Source: an uncultured Nitrospiraceae bacterium
Lineage (GTDB): Bacteria > Nitrospirota > Thermodesulfovibrionia > Thermodesulfovibrionales > Dissulfurispiraceae
Direction: 5' to 3'
NCBI GenBank assembly: GCA_963727805.1
Contig: CAVSHF010000003.1
Span: forward strand, 608,001 to 672,000
Length of the DNA stretch: 64,000 nt
In this document: piece after piece, positions 11,048-21,402 of the stretch
Position numbering within the stretch: position 1 is the first letter of the stretch
How the letters are laid out: every line of letters starts with the position of its first letter
Position numbers and translations under genes: made by a program
The notes under the pieces: generated by a model
Database searches by the model: none
What the model saw: only the letters and a program-made list of their open reading frames with translations
What the model was told of the DNA's origin: nothing

Positions 11048-11886
11048 AGACGCTTTCTTCCGGGTCTGAATACTATCAGATTGCAGGGTGTCTCCCTGAG
11101 CACGTCCTCTACCGCGTTACCGCTCAGGAGGCTCTCGAACAGCCCCCGCTCGCTCGCAGCCATGATGATGAGGTCGTTCTTCCTGAAGGCGGCTTCTGTG
11201 GTGATGGAGCGTGCAACACTACCTCGAACGGTCCTTCTTTCGTGCTGTATCTTGTATTGTTCCAGGTGGGATATGAAATCCTCCACACCCTTTGTCGTAT
11301 CCTTCTCCGGTCCGGAATCTCTCTCCTGCTCCCAGCTTTGGAATAACCCGCTTATAGGGCCGGGAAGGTCCAATATGGTGGCACGCGCGTTGAACCCCTG
11401 CGCAAGTTTTGCAGTAAAGTAAGCTCTCTCCTCTACCTGTGATAAATGGCCCTTCAGGGGCACGAGAATATTCCGCGGGTGTGTCCTTCCCATCTCGACC
11501 ACCCGCACCATGGCCACGGAACATGGAAGTTTTATCATGAATTCCCGTGCATCAGTCCTCAGGAATAATCTCTTCTGTAAGTCCTCTCTCCTTGTGGCCG
11601 TAAAAACGAGGTCGATGCCGTGCTCTCTCACCACACCACTGATGGTCTTGAAAGGGGCGCCCTTTACGGTACTGCTCTCTACCTCGATCCCCATTCCCTT
11701 TGCTGCGGCAAAGAGCCTCAAGAGAGCCCCTTCCGCATGACGGAAAGCGTTCTGGCCTATTACCTCTTCAGCCGCGAATACGAGGAAGAGCCTTGACCGA
11801 CATGCTTTTGCGAGGGCTAGGGCATAGCGTGCGGCAACCTCGGAATTGGTAAACTCATTGACGGCCATAAGTATTTTTTTGTACAT
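11044..11886 (-). CDS. Tandem-domain universal stress protein
   Basis: MYKKILMAV start, two USP domains, C-terminal GNAVEDVLRETPCNLIV; stop overlaps the ATPase start. Confidence 0.88.
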   Translation of the reverse strand: MYKKILMAVNEFTNSEVAARYALALAKACRSRLFLVFAAEEVIGQNAFRHAEGALLRLFAAAKGMGIEVESSTVKGAPFKTISGVVREHGIDLVFTATRREDLQKRLFLRTDAREFMIKLPCSVAMVRVVEMGRTHPRNILVPLKGHLSQVEERAYFTAKLAQGFNARATILDLPGPISGLFQSWEQERDSGPEKDTTKGVEDFISHLEQYKIQHERRTVRGSVARSITTEAAFRKNDLIIMAASERGLFESLLSGNAVEDVLRETPCNLIVFRPGRKRL

Positions 11887-12201
11887 AATTATGTAAAGGA
11901 TAGCATCAACAGGAGGGTACGGCAACACGGGCGGCAATATCAGGGCAAACGCGCTGTTGCGGACTTGCACCCATCTTCTCAATCATTGACGGCAAGGTCA
12001 GCCGACCACTATGGGCAGCAGTCGAGAAGGCGATTCAAAAGTTTCTAACGATTATAAGCATTCTTTGTGATCAGTAGGTTTTGCGGAGGTGCAATTAACC
12101 TCCAGTATTGGGCTCGTTTCCAAACGCGGGTGAAACTTTTTGTGGGGTAGAGGTCCATTATCCAAAGTTATTTTTCACCCCGTCTGCGCTTATCAAGATT
12201 T

Positions 12202-12477
12202 CTAAACAGATTCCAATGCCTCCTGATAAAACTTTCTTGCATATTCTTCTACCATTTCCCTTGCGCTGAACACCGGACCTGTGCTTTTCATTGCTTCTTT
12301 CATGATAGTAACCTAATCGCGAGGAATACCATAATCATCAACTTTATAATAGAGAGGGATTACTTCCTTCTCCAGAATACTATAAATGGCTTCCGCATCC
12401 CCGGCATCTCTGCTTTCTCCTTCCTGCCCGGCAAAGGTCCAGCCATTCCTGCCATTGAAACCCTCTATCCACCAGCC
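12202..12477 (-). pseudogene. C-terminal remnant of alpha-glucan (glycogen) phosphorylase
   Basis: Reads GWWIEGFNGRNGWTF...DAEAIYSILEKEVIPLYY...GIPRD*VTIMKEAMKSTGPVFSAREMVEEYARKFY; internal TAG at 12313-12315; no N-terminus. Confidence 0.8.
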
Positions 12478-12478
12478 A

Positions 12479-12970
12479 TTAAAATTGACTGGTGACGAAA
12501 TTGCCCAATACCTTGCTCAAGATGATTACAATGACAGCTACTACAATATGTTCCAGCACAGCAAGGTAAGGATTGTTACCCTTGTGCACAGCGATATAAT
12601 AGCTGGTGAATGAGATAATAAACAAACCGAGGATCAAACAACAAACAACCGCCGTCTTGAGTGGTAAGGCCAGAACAAAAAGGATAAATATCAAAGAAAC
12701 GATGAATCTTGAAATAAAATTTGTGAATGAGGAAAGCCATACTTCTTTAGCACTCAAGCCCTCTGCTTCCTGATAAATATGGATACCAAGCGTATCGGAA
12801 ATATTATCGGCGACAGCAATGATAAGGATACTGCCAATGATGGTTACCTTGGCATTCAGACTGGGGAAAAGGCCGACGACCAATCCCATGTTAGTAATTA
12901 TGGCAGCGGTGCTCCCAAAGAGGTACTTATTTTTGCGGGAACAGAATTTTTCTTGATTAATCCGTTTCAT
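12479..12970 (-). CDS. VIT1/CCC1-like membrane protein
   Basis: Five hydrophobic segments; FGSTAAIIT and IAVADNISDTLGIHIYQE. Confidence 0.7.
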   Translation of the reverse strand: MKRINQEKFCSRKNKYLFGSTAAIITNMGLVVGLFPSLNAKVTIIGSILIIAVADNISDTLGIHIYQEAEGLSAKEVWLSSFTNFISRFIVSLIFILFVLALPLKTAVVCCLILGLFIISFTSYYIAVHKGNNPYLAVLEHIVVAVIVIILSKVLGNFVTSQF

Positions 12971-13249
12971 AAAGAAGTTACAAGAATATGTTATATCAAT
13001 TCTACTACAAAAAAAGTTCTAACGTTCCTATTCGGGTAATGGATTAGCACAGACCAGTCATGATGAGAGCCGTCCAGCTGCACCATCTCTCCCCTGCTAG
13101 TCTATTGCTTGACAAATGTTGTAGCCTCAGCGCCCCTCGGCAACAGCATATTAACTACAATCCTAGCAGTGGAAGTGCCTGCATTGACGACTGAATGTGG
13201 ATTTTAGATGGGGACGCGCGGTTCCAGGTTTAATCCTGCTCACCCTACT

Positions 13250-13714
13250 CTATGACGTCTCTTTTGTTTTGCATACGATGCTAGGTGGTGGTTCGCTGAC
13301 GACAGCCCAATAGGCTCCTATCTGTTTGATAACATCAATAAAATCATGAAAATCAACCGGTTTAACTACGAAGCTGTTTGCCCCGAGCCGATACGCCTCG
13401 TCTATATCCCGATCTTCACGGGATGAGGTCAGCATTACCACCGGTATGCACTTTAGCTGCGCATCACTCTTCATATCTTTAAGCACTTCAAGGCCGTCTA
13501 TCTTGGGAAGTTTCAGGTCCAGCAGTACAACGACAGGATTACCATCAGTCCCGCCAGCAAACTTACCTCGGTAGTGGATGAAATCCAGTGCTTCTTCGCC
13601 GTCATGGACAACAACAACTTCATTGGCTAGATTCTTTTCAGCCAGACCCGTAATGATCAGTTCTGCGTCGTATGGATCATCTTCGACCAGGAGAATGCGC
13701 TTCAGTTCAGACAT
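13250..13714 (-). CDS. Single-domain response regulator
   Basis: LLVEDD, LLDLKLPKIDG, VVKP; overlaps the kinase stop. Confidence 0.93.
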   Translation of the reverse strand: MSELKRILLVEDDPYDAELIITGLAEKNLANEVVVVHDGEEALDFIHYRGKFAGGTDGNPVVVLLDLKLPKIDGLEVLKDMKSDAQLKCIPVVMLTSSREDRDIDEAYRLGANSFVVKPVDFHDFIDVIKQIGAYWAVVSEPPPSIVCKTKETS

Positions 13715-16457
13715 GATTACTTACTACCTTGTCTTTTGGAAGAGTAAAGTAAAAAGTGGCGCCCTGTCCCACAGCGCCCTCGGCCCAGACTCTTCCGCCA
13801 TGGCGTGATATGATACGCTTTACATTAGCAAGGCCGATGCCCGTGCCTTCAAATTCATCCTCGGTATGGAGCCGTTGAAATACACCGAAGAGTTTGTCCG
13901 CATGTTTCATATCAAACCCTACGCCGTTGTCTTTGACAAAACAGATGATTTCGGTTCCCTCATCTTTGCAGCCAATCTGGATTACAATCTTGGAACGTGT
14001 ACTTGTGTATTTAACAGCGTTGGATACTAGATTGACAATCACCATCCTGAGCAGCGATTGGTCACCGGACACATCAGGCAGTTCATCAATTTCCCAAACA
14101 ATATCCCGTCCTTTCATTTCATCCTTGATTTCTCGGACAACTCCCCTTACAAGGGTATTTAAGCTGACTTTTCTCTTTTTCAATTCACTACGTCCCACTT
14201 TAGAAAAACCAAGCAAATCATCAATAAGCATTCCCATCTTCTTTGATGCCTTCGCTATTGCAGTCGTATATTTGTATATCTTTTCGTCCTGTTGGTCCCC
14301 CAACTTATTTTTTAGAAGTTCAACAAAACCCGACATATGCCGGAGGGGAGCGCGAAGATCGTGAGAGACAGAATAACTGAAGGCTTCCAGCTCTTTATTG
14401 ACTACCTCAAGATCTGCTGTGCGAGCGGCCACTCGCTTTTCTAGTTCTTCGTTGATCCTTCTGAGTGCCTCCTCTGCCTTAAGCCGCTTTTCCTCGATGG
14501 ACATTGTATCCAATGCAAAAGAGACATCACCTGTCAAAGAGAGAAACAGACGTATTTCTTCGTCGGTAAAGAACTGTGGCGCTGAGGCGTATACCGTCAA
14601 AGCGCCAATAATCCCCGAACTCGTGTGGATGGGGAAAGCTGCAGAAGAATGAAAGCCTCTGCGGAGTAATTTATCTTTCCAAAGAAGCATCCGAGGGTCA
14701 TTCTCAATATCGCTGGAAATTGAGTACCTTCCTTTGAAAACTGCCTGACCTGTGGGGCCTTTTCCTTCAGGCACATCGTCCGCATATATCTTAACGTCTT
14801 TTAGATAACCATCGCTGTCCCCATAGCTTGCAACCGGCTTTACCAATCGAGTGTCCCTATCTAGTAACCCAATCCACGCCATCTTGAATAAACCGTCCTC
14901 AACAGCGATGCGGCATACACTCTCGTACAGATCCTTTGGGGTGCGGATGCGGACAATTGCCTCGTTCACTTTGCTCAACACGGAATACAGCTGATTCAGT
15001 CTGGAAATTCTGCTTTCTACCTGCTTGCGCTCCTCTATTTCAGCTAATAATTCTTCGTTGATGACTGATAGTTCTGCAGTCCTCTTCAGGACTCGCACCT
15101 CTAATTCTGCATTCGATTTCCTGAGAGCCTCTTCCAGTGTCTTGCGTTCGTTTATGTCCTTAATAGCCCCGAATACCCTCACAGACCTGCCGCCCTCACG
15201 CATAACCTTCCCGGAGACCTCCACCCAAATCAATCGGCCCTTGGCTGTAATCAATTCCAGATCGAGAAAAAACTCTTTGCCCTGCTCAATAGCATCATGG
15301 ACTGCAGCACTAATGACCGGCACACTCGCAGGAGTGTAGAAGGCAATAGCTGTTTCAACCGTCGGAGTGTAATCGGACCGTGTTGTATCGTGGATTCTAT
15401 AGGTTTCATCAGTCCAGAAGAGTTTGTTCGCAATGAGGTCCAGTTCCCATCCACCCACGTGGGCCAGAGATTGGGTCTCAGCGAGGATAGATGCCATCCG
15501 ATGTATCTCTGCCTCTACCCTCTTGCGCTCGGTGATATCACGATTGGTCTCCATCACGTGAGCGATGCCGTCGGCACTATATATAAGCTGAAGCCGGGCA
15601 GATACTATTACTTCTCGGCCATCCTTGGTCCGGTGACGAAGTTCTCCTTCCCAATTTCTGTGTTCGATAAGAATAGATTTAATTTGGGACCATGGAATCG
15701 GATGAATGGTCTGGAGCAACTCGTGAGTCACACGGCCTATTGCTTCGCTTTCGGCGAAGCCGTAAAGTTCCTCCGCGCCTCGATTCCAGCTCTCAATAGT
15801 GCCGTCAAGTTGCCATAGGATAATAGCGTCGAAGGAGAGCCATAAAAGGTCAGCCTGTCGGCGGATTGCCTCCTCCGCCCTCTTGCGCTCGGTTATGTCT
15901 GTGATGAACGAATAGAAATACTCTGGGTTGCCGCTCGAATCCGTTATGAGATGGACCAGTAGTTCGATGGGCACACGGCTACCGTCCTTCCGGACATACT
16001 CCTTCTCGTATCTAACTGGTTGCCTAGTGCGAAGTAGCTCATCAAGCCTTATACGCTCAGGCTCCCGCCATTCCGGAGGAGTGAGGGTTGTTGCGCAGTC
16101 CATTTGCCCCAGTTCATCCCTGGTGTAACCGGTTAGTTCCTCAAAAGCTTTATTAACAAGCCCAAGACGCCCATCTGTATATCCGACGCCGAACGGCTGA
16201 CTAGAGTGTTCTAGGATACTTCCAAGGAATTCGTTTTGTCGCTGGCTATTTAAGAGCGCTTTCTCTGAATACTTTTCGAGTTCCCTCTGAGCCTGCTGCA
16301 GTTCTTCATTTTGCATCTCCAGTTCAATCTGATGAATTTGAAGTTCCTGCGTCACGTGCTTGAGGTCGATGGAGGAGAGATTATTCCGTTCCTCTGTCTT
16401 TGCCCGGAATTTCTCTTCAGCTTTTTTGCGAAGATCTACTGGCTTATTTTTAGCCAT
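13707..16457 (-). CDS. Multi-PAS/GAF sensor histidine kinase
   Basis: Three PAS/PAC units (DITERK), a GAF domain, SHDLRAPL H-box, HATPase boxes. Confidence 0.94.
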   Translation of the reverse strand: MAKNKPVDLRKKAEEKFRAKTEERNNLSSIDLKHVTQELQIHQIELEMQNEELQQAQRELEKYSEKALLNSQRQNEFLGSILEHSSQPFGVGYTDGRLGLVNKAFEELTGYTRDELGQMDCATTLTPPEWREPERIRLDELLRTRQPVRYEKEYVRKDGSRVPIELLVHLITDSSGNPEYFYSFITDITERKRAEEAIRRQADLLWLSFDAIILWQLDGTIESWNRGAEELYGFAESEAIGRVTHELLQTIHPIPWSQIKSILIEHRNWEGELRHRTKDGREVIVSARLQLIYSADGIAHVMETNRDITERKRVEAEIHRMASILAETQSLAHVGGWELDLIANKLFWTDETYRIHDTTRSDYTPTVETAIAFYTPASVPVISAAVHDAIEQGKEFFLDLELITAKGRLIWVEVSGKVMREGGRSVRVFGAIKDINERKTLEEALRKSNAELEVRVLKRTAELSVINEELLAEIEERKQVESRISRLNQLYSVLSKVNEAIVRIRTPKDLYESVCRIAVEDGLFKMAWIGLLDRDTRLVKPVASYGDSDGYLKDVKIYADDVPEGKGPTGQAVFKGRYSISSDIENDPRMLLWKDKLLRRGFHSSAAFPIHTSSGIIGALTVYASAPQFFTDEEIRLFLSLTGDVSFALDTMSIEEKRLKAEEALRRINEELEKRVAARTADLEVVNKELEAFSYSVSHDLRAPLRHMSGFVELLKNKLGDQQDEKIYKYTTAIAKASKKMGMLIDDLLGFSKVGRSELKKRKVSLNTLVRGVVREIKDEMKGRDIVWEIDELPDVSGDQSLLRMVIVNLVSNAVKYTSTRSKIVIQIGCKDEGTEIICFVKDNGVGFDMKHADKLFGVFQRLHTEDEFEGTGIGLANVKRIISRHGGRVWAEGAVGQGATFYFTLPKDKVVSNHV

Positions 16458-16653
16458 TTCTTAATATACCAAGTTTAAGTAAAGAGAATATTGAAATAAA
16501 TCTATATGTACATTATTATAGCTACATTATAGCTACCTAAAGAAAATACTACAAAGAAAAGGTTTTCGGGCCTAATTTATAGAAAGAAGCCGAGAACCTG
16601 ATTTTGAAGGTTTAGCCGATTGCGTTTCAGGCATATCAGCATTCAATGTCATG

Positions 16654-17109
16654 TCATTTCTTTCCCCGCATAATTGCATGAATGAGCTCTTCCAGCCGCT
16701 GCATAAAGCGCGAGCGATCCCTCGGTTCAAAAGGCCGCGGGCCACCGGTTATGGTGCCCATGTCGCGCAGGAATCCCATAAACTCCCGGTTTGCCAATGC
16801 ATCGCCAATAGAGTCTTCGCTGTACACCCTCCCCTTGGGATCAAGCACTCGGGCGCCTTTTTTCAGGCAGCGCGCTGCAAGCGGAATGTCTGCTGTAACC
16901 GCTATATCGGTTTCAGTGATGTGTGTGGCAATCCAATCATCAGCAGCATCGAACCCCTCATGCACGATAATCAGTTCAATGAATTCCTCAGGAGGTATCC
17001 GCATCGATGAGTTGGACACAAGATACACCTTCAGTCGATGCCGCCGGGCAACGCGGAATACCTCATTCTTGACCGGACAGGCATCTGCGTCTATGTATAA
17101 CTTAGTCAT
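16654..17109 (-). CDS. YaiI/YqxD family protein (UPF0178)
   Basis: IDADACPVK, DAADDWI, TADIPLA, TGGPRPF. Confidence 0.92.
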   Translation of the reverse strand: MTKLYIDADACPVKNEVFRVARRHRLKVYLVSNSSMRIPPEEFIELIIVHEGFDAADDWIATHITETDIAVTADIPLAARCLKKGARVLDPKGRVYSEDSIGDALANREFMGFLRDMGTITGGPRPFEPRDRSRFMQRLEELIHAIMRGKK

Positions 17110-17744
17110 AGCGATACCTTTCATTACGGACAACCATGTCAATCATTATCGCTTGAAGATTTTCCATCAATTATCCTTGTTAACATTCACCATTATAGCA
17201 AAATGCCATAGGCAAGGTTCCCGGAAGTAGTTGCTGCGGAAAGTTTTTTCCCAGGCCTGCAACTTTCGCCCCGTACTATGCATGGCCATCTGGGCGGCTA
17301 CAACTGCTCACTGTCGGGCATGTCAGAAAAGTGTGTAGTTAAGATTGCAATATGCACAAAATGCTATATTTCGCGGGACACCTGAAAATCACTAGAAAAC
17401 CAGTCCGCCGAAAATAAGAAGACTTCAAAAAAGAAGTTAATATCTTAACCCAGCATCGAGAAGTTAAAGCTTACTGTAACACCAGTTGCTGACGCTTTTG
17501 GGGGATTAGAGAAGGCAGTGCATAGTCCAAATTGATATACTTATAGAAATCGTGCGTAACTGTTGCGAAAGATAAAGTATAAAAAAAAAGTCACATCAAT
17601 GTAGGAGCTACAGCGCAGTAAATGGAGGCAGTGTGCCATGCCGTTTTGACTTGGCAACTGGCCCAGTGAAAATGGGATTTGGATTGACATAGGTAGTCAC
17701 GCTCCGATTCTCATGATGTCACACAAGACAACAGGGAGGCTTTA

Positions 17745-18194
17745 ATGATCAAGATACTGTTTCAGACAGAGGATGACAAGGTGGCCCTTATCCTCAGAGT
17801 TTTTTTGGGTGTCGTATTCTTTCCACATGGCATGCAGAAGCTTCTGGGCTGGTATGGAGGGCTCGGCTTCTCCGAGACGATGAATATGTTTACAACCAAT
17901 ATGGGTATTCCCGCCTTATTTGCGTTCCTCGCTATTATGGCCGAGGGCTTGGGTTCGTTGGGCCTGCTCACGGGCTTCTTAACACGCGTGGCCGCCTTCG
18001 GGATCACCGTAAATATGATTGTCGCTATAAAGATGGTGCACTGGCAGAACGGATTTTTTATGAACTGGTTCGGAACCCAGAAGGGCGAAGGCTTTGAGTA
18101 CCACCTCTTGGTCATCGCTATCGGCATAGCGCTGATGATCAGGGGCGGCGGAGCGCTTTCCATTGACAAGGCCCTAGCTGGACATCTTAAATAA
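17745..18194 (+). CDS. DoxX family membrane protein
   Basis: FFPHGMQKLLGW, GFFMNWFG..KGEGFEYH; GGAGG RBS. Confidence 0.92.
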   Translation: MIKILFQTEDDKVALILRVFLGVVFFPHGMQKLLGWYGGLGFSETMNMFTTNMGIPALFAFLAIMAEGLGSLGLLTGFLTRVAAFGITVNMIVAIKMVHWQNGFFMNWFGTQKGEGFEYHLLVIAIGIALMIRGGGALSIDKALAGHLK

Positions 18195-18363
18195 TTGCAA
18201 AGCGACCTTTAACACAGTCGTTCGGACCTTCAATGCCTCAAGAAACCGGTGGTGACTGCTTGCGGGAGGCGTGACTTTAGGAAGAAATGTTGCGACAACG
18301 TCCCAATCTCTTCGGTGCACATTATAAATAGGGCCTCTCAATGATAGGTTCTCAATGTCACCA

Positions 18364-18405
18364 GGAAGCAAACAGCTCGGCGACTATGTCCGGCTGTTTG
18401 CTTCC
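18364..18405. terminator. Inverted repeat between convergent genes (possible terminator)
   Basis: GGAAGCAAACAGC / GCTGTTTGCTTCC 13-bp stem. Confidence 0.45.
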
Positions 18406-18664
18406 GGTAATATAAATTTCAGGAAGCAGATTCTGCTGTATACTTCTGCCTAAAGTCTTGATCGGTTGCGTTGCTAATATTTGCGGAAGACGGCCTCAAG
18501 TCCGCACTTGAGCCATATCAGCACGCATGTGTATTTAAATGCACCTTTTTATCCCTACTATGCAGTCCGTTCTCCCCATAAAGACTCCCAAGGTACAGTA
18601 TCACAAACGGCTAATCCAAAGAGCATTTTCTCAACTCACCTCACAAGCGTATCAACCTCTAGTT

Positions 18665-20335
18665 TTACTGGAAAACTAAAGGCATGTCGGTAGGCGCACC
18701 CCAGCCCGCACAGACCTCTTTCGTCAGATCCGTAGGCGCTCCACAGCCCGCCCATGTCCCAGTAGCAGCGTATGTCCCCGGATAGTCCAAATACCACATC
18801 CCGTTTCTGAACACTCCTATTTTGGACTTCCCGTCGGCACTGCCGTTCCAGTTGCCTACTACCGGCACATCGATGCTCGCTCCATAAGGTATGCAGGCAG
18901 CTTTCGTCGGATCCGCAGGCGCTCCACAGCCCGACCATGTACCAGTAGCAGCATACGTCCCAGCGTAGTCTAGATACCACGTCCCGTTTCTGAATATGCC
19001 TATCTTGGACTTCCCATCAGCACTGCCGTTCCAGTTGCCCACTACCGGTTTATCGCTGGCAATTCCAAAAGGTATGCAGGCCGCTTTCGTCGGATCTGCA
19101 GGCGCTCCACAGCCCGACCATGTACCAGTAGCAGCATACGTCCCAGCGTAGTCTAGATACCACGTCCCGTTTCTGATTATTCCTATTTTGGACTTCCCAT
19201 CAGCACTGCCGTTCCAGTTGCCCACTACCGGTATATCGCTGGCAATTCCAAAAGGTATGCAGGCCGCTTTCGTCGGATCCGCAGGCGCTCCACAGCCCGA
19301 CCATGTGCCAGTAGCAGCATACGTCCCAGCGTAGTCTAGATACCACGTCCCGTTTCTGAATATGCCTATTTTTGACTTCCCATCTGCACTTCCATTCCAG
19401 TTGCCCATAACTGGAATGTCGCCAGTCGTACCGAAACCATAACATCCGTCCGGCCCGCAACCACTCCAGGTATAGGTGCCAACAAGATCTATGTACCATT
19501 GGCCACTTCTGAAAACACCGATCTTGGTCTGCGTAGAGGTTGGCGGAGGTGGTGTCAATGGATACGGTGCGAGACCGAGAATAAAGGGCTGAGATGCCGA
19601 TAAAGGTGGGCTTAATTGCGTGGTGATTCCAGTACTGGTGTTGATCGTATACGTTTCAAAAGGGGCGTTGACGGTACCACCTTGCAAGAGGGCATATAGT
19701 GTGTTATTAATATAAACCATCGCTGCCCAATCGTTAGAAGAAAGGGAGGTGCCTACCGTAGTAGTACTTCCAGTGGCCGTGTTTATAGAGTAGAACCAAC
19801 GGTTATTTGTACCAGTACCAGCGTTAATCTCGAACAATGAACTCGAGTCTTTGGAGGTTGAAAGAATTGGAAACTGAACACCCTCAGCGAGGCCCACTGC
19901 GGTTGCAGCGCCGTTGGCTGGATTAATCGAAGCAATCGGGCCGCCGATGACATATGCAAAGAGGCCGTTGGTGGTCGAACCGAAAGCTGCGTAGTCAGAA
20001 CCTGATGCTCCAATAAAAGTGGCTGCTCCCGTCGCAGGGTTAATAGACCAGAGTTGGCCGTGGCCATATGTACCGGAGTTGTTACTGGTGGTGAAGTATA
20101 GATTACCGTTGGCTACACCCAAGCCGTAACCGGCCTCCAAAGCATTATTGGGGTTTATTATAGTGGTTTGCCCGGTATTGAGGTCTATGGTGCCGAATTC
20201 ACCATTGTTATCCTGAAAATAGGCAATTGTGTCAGCTGCCTTTGCGGCCGTGCTGGCGCCAAAAAGATATAATCCGACGGCAATAGTAAAAAAAACAAGT
20301 TTAATACTGGAAAATTTCAATACATTAATGAACAT
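18665..20335 (-). CDS. Secreted protein: beta-rich N-domain, Pro/Thr linker, C-terminal 61-aa repeats
   Basis: Signal peptide ending AKA; PPPPTST linker; repeats IGIFRNGTWYLDY...C...C.PFG...D.PVVGNW; GGAGG RBS. Confidence 0.88.
   Translation of the reverse strand: MFINVLKFSSIKLVFFTIAVGLYLFGASTAAKAADTIAYFQDNNGEFGTIDLNTGQTTIINPNNALEAGYGLGVANGNLYFTTSNNSGTYGHGQLWSINPATGAATFIGASGSDYAAFGSTTNGLFAYVIGGPIASINPANGAATAVGLAEGVQFPILSTSKDSSSLFEINAGTGTNNRWFYSINTATGSTTTVGTSLSSNDWAAMVYINNTLYALLQGGTVNAPFETYTINTSTGITTQLSPPLSASQPFILGLAPYPLTPPPPTSTQTKIGVFRSGQWYIDLVGTYTWSGCGPDGCYGFGTTGDIPVMGNWNGSADGKSKIGIFRNGTWYLDYAGTYAATGTWSGCGAPADPTKAACIPFGIASDIPVVGNWNGSADGKSKIGIIRNGTWYLDYAGTYAATGTWSGCGAPADPTKAACIPFGIASDKPVVGNWNGSADGKSKIGIFRNGTWYLDYAGTYAATGTWSGCGAPADPTKAACIPYGASIDVPVVGNWNGSADGKSKIGVFRNGMWYLDYPGTYAATGTWAGCGAPTDLTKEVCAGWGAPTDMPLVFQ
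18680..19530 (-). repeat. Intragenic tandem repeat, 183-bp unit, about 4 near-identical copies plus one divergent copy
   Basis: CAGCGTAGTCTAGATACCAC recurs at 18961, 19144 and 19327. Confidence 0.95.
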
Positions 20336-20566
20336 TTTGCCCTCCGTTTCTGCGTTATTAACAATATTATTTTATCTTCTATAACCCGATCTTCTATATG
20401 TGCTATTATGTGCCGCCATATATTGGCCCTTTATCACACAGCAAATCTGACCAAGCTGGAGAAATCATTAACAATCCGGTGAGAACGACGATAAACAGCA
20501 AACCACTACTTCTTCACAGGTTAATCTTCTTCAATTTTATTCAATAATAAGCCCCCCTTTATAATT

Positions 20567-20675
20567 AAAAAGCCGAGTCTGACGAAGTTAATTCCTTCGG
20601 CAACCCGGCTGTCTTCTACCTGGAAGACCCGTTGCTTTCCGTCCCCTTCTCACGAAAGGTTTGGCCTTATCGAGA
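20567..20675 (-). ncRNA. c-di-GMP-I (GEMM) riboswitch with overlapping intrinsic terminator
   Basis: Minus strand reads GATAAGGCCAAACCTTTCGTGAGAAGGGGACGGAAAGCAACGGGTCTT...AAGACAGCCGGGTTGCCGAA, followed by GACTCGGCTTTTT which can pair with AGCCGGGT. Confidence 0.88.
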
Positions 20676-20705
20676 CCAATTATAATTCTTTATTTAGTCA
20701 AATGC

Positions 20706-20747
20706 AAGCAATATGTTTAAAGCAATATGTTTAAAGCAATATGTTTA
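20706..20747. repeat. Perfect tandem repeat, 3 x 14 bp (AAGCAATATGTTTA)
   Basis: Read directly; partial TGTTTAAAG copy follows. Confidence 0.95.
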
Positions 20748-20935
20748 AAGTGTTTAAAGTTGTGTTAATGAACAAATCGTTCTTATATATACAGATTAAT
20801 ACTGATACTTATTTGTAAAATAAGTTATGGAAAGTCAAATCCACAAGACCAGCTTTTAACCAATTGTCAACGCAATTAGTGAGCTGTGCAGTTTGACCTC
20901 TCTGCTTTTTTCCTCTATCGCGTGAATCTTGCTTC

Positions 20936-21052
20936 TTATTTCGCTCCGCTTTTTGGTTGTTTATCCTTCTTCTCTTTTAGATCATGTGCCTGTTTGGTCG
21001 CCTTCTGTTTCTGGCCTTTGTCTTTGTCTTTTTTGCCGCCTTTGTCTCCCAT
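20936..21052 (-). CDS. Small Lys-rich protein (38 aa), below the ORF-track cutoff
   Basis: MGDKGGKKDKDKGQKQKATKQAHDLKEKKDKQPKSGAK with AAGGAGG RBS. Confidence 0.75.
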   Translation of the reverse strand: MGDKGGKKDKDKGQKQKATKQAHDLKEKKDKQPKSGAK

Positions 21053-21402
21053 CTGTGCCTCCTTGGGGATCTATCATATTCTTGCCTTTTGAAAACGAGT
21101 CTTCCTTATGATAAATGCTACCAGAACTATGAACCGAAGGCAAGCGAGGGAATGGCGACCGGCCGCAAGAGTCGACGTAAGGAGGGATGTATACTGAAGC
21201 CAGACTGCAAAACCGCAGGCCACACGAGAAGTAACTGAGAGAGCAAGATCCCCTACCACTCCGTGAAAAAGAGTTGCATCCGCCACCGTCAAGTACCTAA
21301 TCCAAGGAGATTGGATTTTCCAGTTTAAGATTATACTGTTTAGTTCTTGGTTCCGGACTCTTAGTTCTCAGCTTTCTTTAAAGACTTGTGGTACAATTTC
21401 AC

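Noticed and set aside
21130..21300. Possible structured RNA in an intergenic stretch
   Set aside because: No recognisable family motif or convincing stems by eye
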